20,000 nt of DNA from Catajapyx aquilonaris (lineage: Eukaryota). Both the position numbers and the translations under genes were made by a program. The stretch covers positions 110,505 through 130,504 of the forward strand of contig JYFJ02000441.1 in the NCBI GenBank assembly GCA_000934665.2. The letters run 5' to 3'. The notes beneath the pieces are model-generated. The model ran no database searches. It was not told the DNA's origin and saw only the letters and a list, made by a program, of their open reading frames with translations. Below, one piece after another: positions 1 through 12,480 of the stretch; position 1 is the stretch's first letter, and every line of letters starts with the position of its first letter.

Positions 1-35
1 ATACATACCTAAACATCGATTACTGAATTTATCTT

Positions 36-60
36 AAAAAACAAAACAAAACAAACAAAA
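36..60. repeat. (AAAAC)n-like microsatellite
   Basis: aaaaaacaaaacaaaacaaacaaaa read directly. Confidence 0.85.
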
Positions 61-1578
61 TAGAAGACAGCCCTAATGGCGGTAACTGATGCTTCGTCAC
101 TCAGAATATGCCTATATTATATGATAATTACACACCACTTGGCACATCCGTGTATATGTAATTGACCGGATCCAACCACAGAGCATGGAACTGACAACAC
201 ATAGGCCTTTAATTGTTAGTTTCATCCGGCATGGGTTGCCATTGCTGAGAGTTGCCATTGTGGTGTCAGCACGTTTCTCAGTAACAGCTTACAAGTTTGA
301 AAGTTACAATTTTTACAGCTATACTGAGATGCTATATTGCCAAGATTGCAATTCTGATATAAACTTACATAAATATATATTTAATTTGCGTTTTTAAAAA
401 TCTAACAGTGCACTATAAGTGACATCAATGCAACCATTTTATGCATGTGCCTCCCTATAAATTTAGTTACAGCAAATGTAGAACAAGATTCAAATAATAC
501 ACATAGCCGGCTTTGCTTTCGTGTCACCAGAAAAATAGCTCAAACTTACATTCTTAATGAGGATTATTATGAAAGCAATACACTATAAATACATGGCATT
601 ATAGGCCATGCTTTTTAATGATAACAATTTTCCTGAACAAAACGCAAAATTTTACAGCAGGTCCTATACGTAATACAACGCTGCGACAATTGCCAAACAT
701 TAATCCAGATTGTATATAACAATGATGATAGAAATAATTCTGATGCCGACATTGAATTGTGACACACACCTTTCTAGCAAAATTTATCAACATGTGAAAT
801 ACGAATTAAATTGCTATTCGTATAGGGCAATTGAAACTGGAATCCTCCCATTCTATATACCCGGCGAGCGGGCCTTTTATCTATCATTCCGCTCTGGCCG
901 CTTAGGCCATGCAGCCCCTGTATAACTTTCATGCATTTGAAGATTAATTACAAAATTTCCAATTCGGTAAACACGCTGTTTCCTAACCCTTATTAGTCTT
1001 CATAAAACTTGGCAACTTAATAACATAACATAAGCGTGGCTCATTTAGATATCATTTCATTACCTGATATTTCCTCCGTGGTTGATTTTCTGAATATATA
1101 TAGACTTTGTACTGTCAACTTACATATTCGATAAGAGGTAAACCTAATAATTATGAATATCTTATGGCAAATGTACTAGAAAGTTAGGAAGGGTGAGAGG
1201 GCGTGGCATATAACTAAAGAAATAAATATTCACGTTCCGACGAACGTTACAAAGGGATTAAATATTTTGAAACGCTGGCTATATAGGCTGTATAATCGTT
1301 TGGAGGTCCAGCTCGTGTTTTGCACATTCAAAATGTGAGTAGGATTTGTCGGTAAACACAATAATATACATATTAACTCTAATCCGGAACGAAGTCAACG
1401 AGAAGCGTGACTCACGACGCAATTAGTTAATTGCCAAACAACGCCTGCTCAACCCAGATAAGCCATGAACTCTGCAAAATGTGTGTGAATCCGCGATTGA
1501 GACTGATGACACTAAAATAAGCGCGTCTCAACGAGCGGAAAATCCTTTTACTAATTAGCCTTGGCGCAGCTGTCTCTT

Positions 1579-1653
1579 CACACACACACATTCCGCTCCT
1601 TTGTCTCTTTCTTCCTTTTTTTTCTTTCTTCTTCTCCTGCACAACTTTTTTTT
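1579..1653. repeat. (CA)n followed by a pyrimidine-rich low-complexity tract
   Basis: cacacacacaca, then ctttgtctctttcttcctttttttt ctttcttcttctcc and a T-run; explains the K/E/R-rich spurious minus-strand ORFs. Confidence 0.8.
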
Positions 1654-2048
1654 TGACTCTGACATCTTTTTCCTCAAATTCATGCGACACAACAGGAAGC
1701 CGTGAATAAGTCGCACCGCTTTTGTGCCGGCTCCGAAAATGTGTCCCCAACACAACTGCATGTTGGCTGCTTACCAACAACAACCCAGCCGGTCCTTAGC
1801 CACCAAACAAATTCCACTCGTACTTTGAATGCCACGAGGGCCAAATCCAAACAAAAATTGGCTTCAATCATCAACCTAAGAAGAAATTCGCGACTTTAAG
1901 TATTGTTCCCTTTTCTACGGCTTAATCCTGCAAAGGGGGGAGGCTGTCACCGGGCTGAAAAGTATGTCCAGCTTAAGTGTAAGTGTAAGGAGCATTCCCG
2001 GATCCTCTTCCGGACAGACAGCCGACGACATTAATCCCTTGCCTTCTG

Positions 2049-2058
2049 CCTAATAAGG
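2049..2058. promoter_or_regulatory. CArG box (SRF-type CC(A/T)6GG)
   Basis: CCTAATAAGG matches the consensus and lies 11 bp after a TAATCC site; motif only. Confidence 0.3.
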
Positions 2059-3267
2059 TTCTCCGGAACTTTCCTATTGTCAATTATGGATTCTGGAGAA
2101 ACCGTTCCTGAAGACTCTCATGCTGGCTTTGCCTCACAACCGTGCAAAGGCGACGCATCAATTTGGAAATGACGCATCCTTTATCTTTTAGAAAATGTTA
2201 AAAAATGTGCTGGATTCCTGATGGAACCTTTCCTATAAATTAAATATTAAAATTTATTCAATAATGCGGCGCTCAATTAAAAATAACAATAAGGACTGAT
2301 GGTATCATTCCAGAGCCAGTATAGTGGAAGTGATACCAGTGTTGACACACAAATGCTGCATGCCTCTTACAAATAAGCAACCCACTAAGTTATGATTGTA
2401 TTGTCTCAAAATAATAATTACTGTACACATGAAAACAATAAGAACTTAATGCACGAACATCACTTATGTAAGACAATAAACACAAGACATTTCAAAGTAA
2501 CCAAAACTTGCGCTAGTAATTGCCGACAAATTAAATACAAGTAGAAACGCAAATAATATAATGATTGAAGCATATATACGTTGGGTTATCACGGTTCGTC
2601 ATGGAGAGTTAATCAGAGCCCCAATTACAGGCTATGTCTTTGACTCCCTCAGGCCTGACTGACTTACGATAAGACGCCAATGCAATGTTCCTTATCGCAA
2701 TATATATTTCCACGAAAGTCTCAAATTAATTAAACTTTACTTTCAGCATAATGCAATGCGAGAGTCTTCAAATCACCCCATTTCACGCTCAGCAAACGCC
2801 CATTTATATATTTTTCTCTCCCCCGTTATTCCTTTTGTGTTGGTTAAACCCAACCCATTTTGAATTCCTGCACACAAACTGTGTTCTCCTCGCCGTTGAG
2901 TGACAAAGGGCCATTTCCTGCAGGAATACGATTTGTAATGCCCATAACCACGTGTACGAACACTAACCCCTGAATCCTGTGGAAAGGGCCCGACACACGA
3001 AGTCCGCGGCCCTATGGAATGACAAGATGGAAATCAAACGACTCCGGAATTCTGAGTCTCTTATCCAGCAGGATAGGCCCCGGGTTTCGTGATGGCTGCG
3101 CCCGGACTGGCCGACGCCCGATGCCCCGGCCTTCAACCGCCGCCTTTGCCCCCTAGATGTTCAACCGCGGGGTCAAAAGGTTAGGGTAAATATTTGTGCA
3201 GCGGGTTTGCCTGGTTTCTCTCCAAGAGGAAAAGAGTGCCTTTCATGGCCCGGAAAATTAATCTGGG

Positions 3268-3359
3268 CCGATTTATGGCTTCTGATTTGGCCCAAATTAA
3301 TCCTTGGTGGGAACCGATTTATGGCAACTGATTTGTTCCAAATTAATCCTTGTTGGGTG
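3268..3359. repeat. 46-bp tandem duplication (2 copies, 39/46 identical)
   Basis: Unit 1 3268-3313 ccgatttatggcttctgatttggcccaaattaatccttggtgggaa; unit 2 3314-3359 ccgatttatggcaactgatttgttccaaattaatccttgttgggtg; partial relic aaattaatctggg just upstream. Confidence 0.9.
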
Positions 3360-6300
3360 ATAACTTTTTCGGTGATTGTGGAACTGAGCCACGTCTTTCA
3401 TCGTGGATGGACTTAATCTTGGGTCAAATAAAATTTTAAAAGTAAAGTGATAACCAACAACGACGTGTAGGTTGTCTGCTATAAAGTTAGATTTTAATTA
3501 AACTGAACATTGCATATTATACTGCTTTTTGGATATAAACAATCATCACAAGTATCAAAATCTGAATTTATTGGTTTATTGAACGATATGCCTATATGAA
3601 ACTATGTAATCTGCATCACTGATGTTACTTTGAAAAGGTAAAATTTGCTGCGGTCATGACATATTTGGCATAATTACAAATTGAAGACTGTTTACGTCCA
3701 TAAGTTACACAACTCAGAGTTTTAAAATCTCCTTCAAGGCAATATTACTAAGAACAACATAATAATATAATAATATAATAACATTTTCGGGAGGGGGCCG
3801 TAAAAGTAATACTGGAACAGATCTTGCTGCTCTTGCTATTTGCTCTTGCCAGTTGTGCCACAGTTTGTTTCCATAATTCTTATCTAATTTCATTCTAATT
3901 TAAATCATAGAGCGAGAAAAGGATGAAAATTTCCAGGATGGCATTTAATATGGTAAAAAGATAATGACTGTTTCTTTATGAAAATATCGCATATATCATA
4001 TACACTATTAGGCCTATACTTTTCTGCTTTTACACTGCGGGAGGTATATCACAGGCATAAAATAATAATATATTATTAGCCTACAGTTCAAAACCTCCAA
4101 GGGGTTATATACCACAAGCATGTGCACTTTCTCGTGGTGGGCTGTGGCACAACAATATTGTTTTAGGAGCCATCCTGCTATATAGTGAGAGTATTTCAGC
4201 TGTCCAATGTGTTGGCTCTTAAAATAGGTGCCTCGCAGCAATAATAGACTAATGATTCAGAGAGTGAGAATTTATGAAAACTATATACAGTAATGCACAT
4301 TTGCTGTGCATTTTTCTGTTACGCACATCAACGTTGTGCTATATATTATTTTGATGCGATTTTACAATTATACAAAATATTCAATGCTATGATATTGATA
4401 AGGTTTCTGGAGCAAAGAGCTGTCTTTTCATGCTTTCTGGTCATACAAAAAAGTGAAAATTACTGTGCGAAGTTTCAGTCTGCAAATAAGCCCTTATTTG
4501 ATGCCCAAATTCATCCGCAAATCCTTCTGACACGAGACTCATGTCAGTATAGGAATATCCGACTGCCCGAGCCGACTTTGAGGCCCCCACTGCAACAATG
4601 CGTGCACTAAGCCCATGAGCATTCATGTCGGCAGCGGTATATATGGAAAAATATCCGCTCCGCTTTTATTAATAACCCGACACGATCAATGCTGCTTCCC
4701 CCGTAATAATAAAACCGGACATGTCCCCGTGCAAAATGAACACACTGCAATTAAACGCGCACTTGGCATGAATGAAACACTCCCCCTCGGGCCAGGCCAC
4801 AAATAATACCCGATATCAGACTCGCTCGCCCGCCTTTTATTTACTCAAGAGGTTATGTACTGCGAGATGCATAAGATACACTCTATAGGGGCAAGAGTAG
4901 TAATCTTATTTACTAATGAGAGCTTGTTTGTGTATAGGATTTTTCCCCCCTCTCTCTTCCTTTTCAGCCCATGTTGATGGCAGTGTGAACCCCACACAAG
5001 AAATCGATTGTTGGCTCGTAAAAACCTTGACGGTACAGTTTTCTCAAGTGCCAAAGGCACGTACACGGTGCAACGTGCGTTTATTGCCATCAACATACAC
5101 ATTATGCTAGCAAGGAAACTATGCAGCTACATAGCACAAATAGACGCTAATTAACACGCAACAATGGGTATTTGAACCGGATTCTACAAAATGTGCGCTA
5201 CACACATCAGGTTATACTAAATATAGCAATTGGTCCGTGTTTCTTCATATAACCCACACCCATCGAGTGAAATATATGACGTGTCGGTTTTTGTATATAC
5301 CTCGTGCGGTGCAAATGCAGTCGCGGTTTTAGGGGTGGTGCGTTACCGGAGACGGATTCGTGTTGGGTCCGTTGCGTACGTGTCGCGAAGGTGTCACGTC
5401 TGGTTCAAACTCACGCGAGCCAAACCCCGGTCACCAAGCTTGACATGTTTTTTCCTGACTTTTCCCGGAGTCAATGGGAGATTATGTGGTAGGCCCGCCT
5501 TGTTTCAAACAAGATTTACCACACGCTCGCCCTACTAATTCTCACCTCATTCACCCCCACACACTCGTGCTGTCCTACACTATAAGGCACGTATACGAAA
5601 AAGGCTGCAATTTGTTGGGCAATAGTACACCAGTAGTTTCATCATGCAAGTGGGAAGAAGTGTGCTCACAGTGCAATCTGGCCATATCATTGCACCAAAA
5701 CTCGATTACTTCTTCAAACCTTCTGGCAGGACTGTGCGAGTTCACACATGGCTATAGTCCTTACTTCCATAATCTGATGTACTAAAACGTAAAACCAGTT
5801 GTCAAAATTTGGCAAAATATAATCAGTATCAAACTAATTTAACGCCCATTTATCACGTAGTACTATTCTTCACTCATAGATGGCGCATACTCCCTCTGCA
5901 CACTCCTACGATACTATCAGGTCGGACAAACATCCGACGGAGAGAATAAGCCTATTAGGAGAAAGGTGATGTATTTTATAAAAAATAATCGAAATGAATT
6001 TTAGAAGCACTGTAAAATGTAGTAGCCAACACAAATGACTGACCACAGCGGTATTAAAGAGGTAATATAAATTATGAAAGCCGCGCTTGCGGGCTAATGT
6101 AACAAGCCACTTAAATTTTTAATTAGCATATTGCTGCGCTAATAAGCGCATCAGCAGTTTTACAATCCTACTTGGCCAGGGGGAAAAAATCAGGACGTTT
6201 AGTTTATGATTTCAAGATTTATATATTGGGCCATTGAGGGTTAATGCTTCCGGTGTATATTATATTTTTCTAGCCCCGCACAAAAACGAACGGTGACAAT

Positions 6301-7434
6301 TTTTAACTTGCAAAAATGGTTGCGAAAGAAGACATAATTGTGCTGCTATTTTCCAGCATTTTATGATGCAGCGTAATTTATTATTGAAACGGTTAGTGAG
6401 AATTATTATTTTATACTTACAAATTACTTCACCTTCTTTATCGTATAGATTGGCGTCACCAGCACATGAGTCGCAGTTTATACTGAAGGTTGACGCCCAT
6501 ATGAATGATACGCTCCCAGATATTAACTCACAGTGTTGGTCTCGCAATCATTATTTACCTTTACTGCATCAAACGGTATGACAGGCATATGCACGCCCTT
6601 GTAATTCGATATGGTACCACTTTATTGATCCATTTGCGTCTTTTCAGATAACAACAATAGCCCAAGGATAGAGGCAAAAGCTTTTGTTTCTCATATCAAA
6701 AGGAGGCTGGCAAGGGCAAAATGGTGCAGGGCTTGGGTGTCATTTGTAAAGGAAAGGGAATTCAATACAACCAAAGCCAAGTCGGTGTAAGATTTCAGAT
6801 ATTCCCATCTTTTTTCCCCCCCTCCGCTTTCAAATATCCAGTTTCCAAACCGACTTAAACACGGGCTTAATCGATTGATTTAGAGGCCTGAGACGAGTTA
6901 ACAAGATCTATAAATCTCTATGTGACACATCAGGCACTCTATTCCGATTGCGTGTCTTGTTATAGCCCACAGTCAATGCATAATGGCCCAAAACGGAGCC
7001 CTTATTTTCCATGGACGGTTCTTTTCCAATCAAGAGGAAATTGAAGATCGCTTGCCTCTCGGGATACGTAAAGTGGTAGAGGGGGTATATAAGGAGGGGG
7101 GGAAAGGTCTCAAAAGTTATGAGCAATCTTGTGGAAAAGGCTACGACACGCGAGAAGTGAAGATGTACGACAACCTACTTTGCTTGGAAACTTCCAGACA
7201 TCCCAAACATGATAGGCCAGTTATTTTATTTTTATTTTTATTTAAAGGTGAGTGTAGTTTTTTTCTTGACCGCCAGTCTGCTGGTCGTAAATGTTCTAGA
7301 GACAAAACGGCGCGTATATCACACTCGTAAAAATGCCCAGCACAAGTCCCGCAATTCCTCACGAGCGGTCGTTTAGGAACCAGTATTGACATCCACTTTA
7401 AAAAATTCCTGATACGTGTGTGCAGTGCCACTAC

Positions 7435-7481
7435 CGGTCTTCTTGGGTGGGCCTCGACCCCGAGGTTCGAACCCTAGACCG
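7435..7481 (+). other. GC-rich stem-loop containing a Pol III B-box-like motif
   Basis: Nested pairing CGGTCT/AGACCG, GGGT/ACCC and GGGCCTCG/CGAGGTTC (two G-U) around an ACCC loop; GGTTCGAACCC at 7464-7474. Confidence 0.3.
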
Positions 7482-7693
7482 AGTTGTCGCTACCGCGTCA
7501 ACTTCTGGAGCAACTACAGAGAATGCCTGCAGTTTTATAGGATCCAGTTTCGCTATTTTACGACATGGCGCAATTAGTAAGCTCACTGGGGGATTCGCTC
7601 CTTTCAGGAAATAATTTTCGGCAGGTGGGCCACCCCCATTTCGGAAGAGATCATAAACCACGCATTTGTCGACATCCAGGTTGAATATGCTGG

Positions 7694-7705
7694 GCCTATA
7701 TAGGC
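7694..7705. promoter_or_regulatory. Palindromic CArG box
   Basis: GCCTATATAGGC is a perfect 12-bp palindrome containing CC-TATATA-GG. Confidence 0.35.
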
Positions 7706-8478
7706 GACTACGGACCTTTGCATGTTCATAACAACCTCTCCCCTGGTGGAAACCCCCGGCCCATTAAGAATCGTCCCAGACAGCTCCCAAAATTGATAGG
7801 ACCACACGTTGAAAAGGACCATGACCTCCCTGGCAATAAACATCATCCGCCATATTTCTCCGCCACCATCCTTCAGCCTGCCATCAATTCCCTCCCCAAA
7901 ATGACCCATCAGTCTTTAACAGGTATGACCCTAAGGACTATACGAATTACTGCATCCTATTATCCGCGCTTGAAAACAAGGCCTCCGTATACAACCAGGG
8001 GGCCACTTGTCATTCAGATGAGACGTCATGTGGAAGAAAAAGAGGCACGGGGTAGTATACATGGACGCTATTGTGTGTCGCCCTGTGCCGCCGATATTAA
8101 TTCCCTAATATATGTTTGGGTGCTCAGTGACCCCCTGCAGGCCCATTATGCCTGGATGACTACTGCTCTTATATTTACTGGAAGAGAGTAGGCGACATCG
8201 TAGGACATTAGGGTCGAATCAGCCACCGAAGAAGGGATGAAGATGGTGAAAGCAGTGAAAGGTGACCACAGGGGTTTTGGCCGAGAGGGCCCTTCCTTTT
8301 TTAACCCCCCCGTTTGGCCCAGGAGAAGGCCCCCGGTGTGTCCACAAGCAGCCTTGGCCACCGGAGAGATGGCCTTATCTGGCGGCCATCTCCTCAGGCG
8401 CCGACTGCCTGGCGACGGGAATTTTTCACCGCCCTGCCAAGCCTTTGAAAAATCGTCTGCGCAGCACCCTCAACAAAA

Positions 8479-8506
8479 CCCCCTCCTCCACCCAACCCCA
8501 CGACCC
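8479..8506 (-). other. Potential G-quadruplex on - strand (i-motif on +)
   Basis: ccccc-tcctcca-ccc-aa-cccc-acga-ccc: four C-runs of 3 or more with loops of 7 nt or less. Confidence 0.4.
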
Positions 8507-9754
8507 TATACCTCACAACCTCCCCCAAGGTGTGCTATATAACAAGGTATATACAGTAGGCTATAAAATATATAGTCTTTGTTCGGACTGTAATAAGATG
8601 CTTAAGATCTGGCGAAGATGGCTGGGGAGTGCTTGTGCCATCCCAGAATGATGCATGGGAAACGTGCCATTGCAGTCCCAACCGAAGAATTGCAAGCATT
8701 CATTCCTGAGAGGTGATTCTAAGAACTCCGGGAGATATTTTGTTGGCAAATAAATTACACGAGACGCTCCAAGTTGAAAAACACTTGATACATTTCCGTC
8801 GCTATAATTTCATGTTTATCATATTGGCACTATACGTGTACTTAGCAAGTGCATATTGGTTGCTAGACCCTTTGCGTTTTTCACTTTTAAAAACGACTAT
8901 ATAGTTGTTTATATGAATGAATGAAGTTTTTTTTTAAAGTATGGGGTTTTCTCTGTAAAACCCAAGCAAGATATATGCATAAGTTAAAAATACATTTTTT
9001 TCTTCAACATGTGCCTCGTGTATAATACAATATTCTTACTCGCAAGTTATCTCCACAACGTTATAAATTAATTAGCATGAAGCTCATAAAATTCTAAATA
9101 GACTGTTACTAAATTGAGTGTTATACATATGCGTATATTGAAACTGATATCAAAATACACTGTGAAAAATCGGCAATTAACAAGCGCAGAACAGCATTAA
9201 GTTTACTTGCTATTTTGGCAAATTCTAAAATTTAGTATTTCCTCAAATTAGCAACTTCGAATTTACTGAAAATTAGACTGTCATATAAGGTAGGCAGAAC
9301 ACTGCTAACTTGTGTGACCATTAAAACAAGTGTGAAGACTTCAATATTATAATTTCGTACTGCGAAGTGTTTGGCACAGTCACGTGGTATGTAGGCCTAT
9401 TATCGATCAAATCTTATTGCGGGCACTATTAAGACTCCTTTCGTATATCCTGTGAGTGCCACCATCTGCAGCATGGTTTCTACACGTGAGGAATGGGACA
9501 TATAACTCGCAAGTTACGCGAGACGAGTGTCGTAATAATAATTGATAGACACAATAATCATGTCTACTTATTGTACACACTAGAGCGGGAGAGCATGTTC
9601 CATGCTGCGCACTTCCGAAGGAATCCTCCGAGGAATAAATATATACACAGTATTATCTAGTCCTGAGGGGAAACCAGTGTATATCCATTTTCTTAGAGAT
9701 TTCTTCCACATGTCCTGATGTGATATGCACACTTTGGGCCACCGCGACCGATAA

Positions 9755-9770
9755 TGCTGCCACCTGGAGA
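9755..9770 (-). promoter_or_regulatory. Candidate CTCF-binding motif
   Basis: Minus strand TCTCCAGGTGGCAGCA versus consensus-type CCACCAGGTGGCAGCA (2 mismatches); adjacent CGTGGGAA (CSL/Su(H) consensus) at 9775-9782. Confidence 0.3.
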
Positions 9771-11153
9771 GACGCGTGGGAACCTTCATTTCGCGCCACG
9801 TCTCCTCGAAGGTGCAAACTGGAACTGCCGAATTATCTACCCCTCCTCATTCCTCCTTCGGCCTAATCTAGTACACGGCTTGTCAACCTGCCAGATACCT
9901 TGCCCAGCACATAGTTCCGATAGGCTCTCGCAGGGGAAACGCTGCGAAATTATAGCTGTCACTGAGGGGACTACTATACAAAAGGGGTCTCACACAACCC
10001 GATAAGGTCACTTTCCACACTTAGCAGCGCACTAATTGGGGCTGCCCGCAATCAGCCCGATTAATATTAAGTTTAATTCCGACTGCGTGCAGACAACTAC
10101 CCAAAAAATTCTCGTCATTTGCACAAAAGAAGTGCGAGAAGCCAAGACAAAAAAAAGCAACAAAGGCGCAAAGTCCCCCATCTCACTAATTAAAACCGGA
10201 AATCTAAATCACGATCCCAACCGACACATCTCCAGGACAAAGTCGCAATTCCCTCAAGTGAAAAACCCCTGGTTCGTAACGCAAAATTAATGCCCCTTTC
10301 GCGTGGAGCTACTTCAATTGATCCCGAATGCATCCAAACTCGGGCCCGTTTCGAGAAGGAATTATTGGTCCGAGTCACGATGTCGCTATCACTGTGGCAT
10401 CGCCACATTAACCTTTTGAGTGCGGAGGGAGAGTTCTGATTAGGACACGGAAAAGAGGAAGTTTCCATGCGGGGAATATATGCAAGGACCTCAGAAAGAA
10501 AAAAGAGAGAGGGGGTGTCCAGCTCAAAGGAAAACCTGTGAATTATTTCCCGCACAATTAGTCCACGAGCACATTCAAGTAATGGCGAGCGTTTATTTAT
10601 CGCTGCCCCATTTTATTTAGGCTTCATTAACTCATTTTCGGCCAGACAGGTCTGTCCGCAACATGCACGGCCGATTCATTGCTTATGCAATATTTACACC
10701 TTGCGTATTCTTAATACCGGCGCAGGTGCTATTGGCAAAAAGTATCGGCTAATCGCAACGGTGTCAACATTCGACGAATCGGTCACATCCTATATAAATA
10801 GCTGACATACGATATATAGTGTATTTTGTCAGGTATTGTACAGGTTGCAAGGCACAGGTGGTGTTTAACTTTGGCCACTGCTCCGCACCCAGTCCTCTAG
10901 CTCTTTTCTTAGCTTATCGACGACCATCACTTAGGGCTGGCTGGCCCACCAACGTTTTCACCTGCAGCCTGTCATTACGCAATTACACCCACCGAGGTAT
11001 ATCTTATGTGTTCCCCATGCATGTTCCCAACATGCAAAACATATACTCCCCCATACACAAATATCAAGACACATTAACATCAGCGTGTTTACACACGCGG
11101 TCGACTAGATGAGGATATATGGCCTCCGGACGTTTTTGATAAATAAATGAACG

Positions 11154-11174
11154 GCCATCTTGAACCAAGATGGC
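11154..11174. repeat. Perfect inverted repeat made of two YY1/Pho-type motifs
   Basis: GCCATCTTG-aac-CAAGATGGC: 9-bp arms, 3-nt spacer. Confidence 0.7.
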
Positions 11175-12257
11175 GATTGAACACGCCCGTTAAGGTGACA
11201 CATAAACGTTGCCACCTGCACCTTGTCATTGGTAATTAAAACCCCTACGATACGAGACATGTTTTATGTGTTACGACAAGCAATTAACATAAGACCCATC
11301 TGGAAACGAGCCGTGAAGGCAACAAGGTGGGTTCTCTTCTATCTCTCAAACTGCTCACTTAAGCAAAACACTCCGATAGTTAATACTGTTAATGGCATAA
11401 CTGGCAGTGTTTGCAGTCTCATATAATTGGAGGACCTATATTCTTCGAGAACCTGCAGGTGAATATATGCTAATCAAGCTGATTTGGATCGTCTGATCGA
11501 CAATCCTACATTACAACAGGTTGTACATATTCTTCAGCAGTATGAAGCCCTTGCATCCAACAGCTTTGGTCAAATAGGGCCTCTTGCATGCCGGATCCAT
11601 TTCACGCTCTGTTGATGCGGCACAATCCCATTATGGCGGCCGACACCAGCATTCTCTCCCCTACCAACGACATTCGGAGGGGGCCCCAACTCAAGTCTCT
11701 GGGACCACTGCATCCCATTCTTCATCTGGACGGAGGAGGAGGATGGCTTTTCCTCTCCGTTGACTCGGAAAAACCTAAACCCCCCTCCAAAATGCACATG
11801 AGATGACTATATACCATCAGCCCGACTAATGGTCCGTGATGAAATGAGAACTGGTACGCCATATGACAACATTTGTGGGCCTGGAAGTGCCAATATATGG
11901 TCGCAGCAAGTCTACTTTATGCACGCATTCAAACCCTTTTCGTCGTGATGTGACATGATGCTCCACACACACATTTAGGTTTTCTCACTCAACACACACA
12001 TTCTCATCATCAATTCTCCCCCGCTTCATCAAAATCAGGGCCCTTTTTTTCTCTCTCTCTCTTCCAAAGGCGTAATCAAATTAACTGCGAGAATATTGTA
12101 ATTTCTCTTGCCGCGTGGGCATCATTTCTGTCAAGGCCAACGGGAAAATCACAGGTTTCTCCTGAACGAGAAAGCTACAAACAAATTGCTCTGCATTCCC
12201 CCCTCACCCCCTCCATTTGTAGCCCACCTCCCATCCTCGCCTTTACTGGTTGAAGGA

Positions 12258-12282
12258 AAGAAGAAGAAGAAGAAGAAAAAAA
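12258..12282. repeat. (AAG)6-A7 microsatellite
   Basis: Read directly. Confidence 0.9.
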
Positions 12283-12480
12283 ATTGACAGGAAGGTTTAT
12301 AATAATGTGCAAACAAAAACCGGAATTCGCACATAGATATATCAATATTTTATTAATACCACATTATCAATGCGATTGTTAAAATACGGTATCGTTAAAT
12401 TTGCGATTTTTGCGATATTAGCAATAATTCATTGTTCGATTTTATTCGATATTTACGCATAATCGATTTTCGATATGGAA

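Noticed and set aside
1490..1539. Hairpin containing CTGATGA (hammerhead or C/D-box-like)
   Set aside because: No stem II-GAAA arrangement and no terminal D box; the stems are short and interrupted.
1427..1783. Lys/Glu/Arg-rich ORFs on - strand
   Set aside because: Translation of a pyrimidine tract and a CA repeat.
3268..3359. CRISPR-like repeat array
   Set aside because: Two adjacent units without unique spacers, no cas genes, eukaryotic context.
3902..3920. 18/19 match to 14842-14860 (aaatcatagagcRagaaaa)
   Set aside because: AT-rich and does not extend into the flanks; plausible by chance in 20 kb.
6451..6498. GGCGTCACC..GGTTGACGCC inverted repeat as a pre-miRNA
   Set aside because: Stem only about 9 bp with a large branched loop.
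6983..7330. 115-aa ATG ORF
   Set aside because: Runs through a T-rich low-complexity tract (ILFLFLF) with no family similarity I can recognise; an exon ending at the 7247 donor cannot be excluded but is unsupported.
7718..8191. Longest ORF (157 aa, +)
   Set aside because: Non-ATG start, no recognisable domain, overlapped by ORFs in other frames; length attainable by chance in a GC-richer block.
11381..11411. Seed-like matches to miR-8/200 (TAATACTGT) and miR-34 (TGGCAGTGT); also miR-124-like at 5583 and miR-10/miR-2001-like at 19903
   Set aside because: Only 8-10 nt match; the 3' parts diverge and I see no precursor hairpin.
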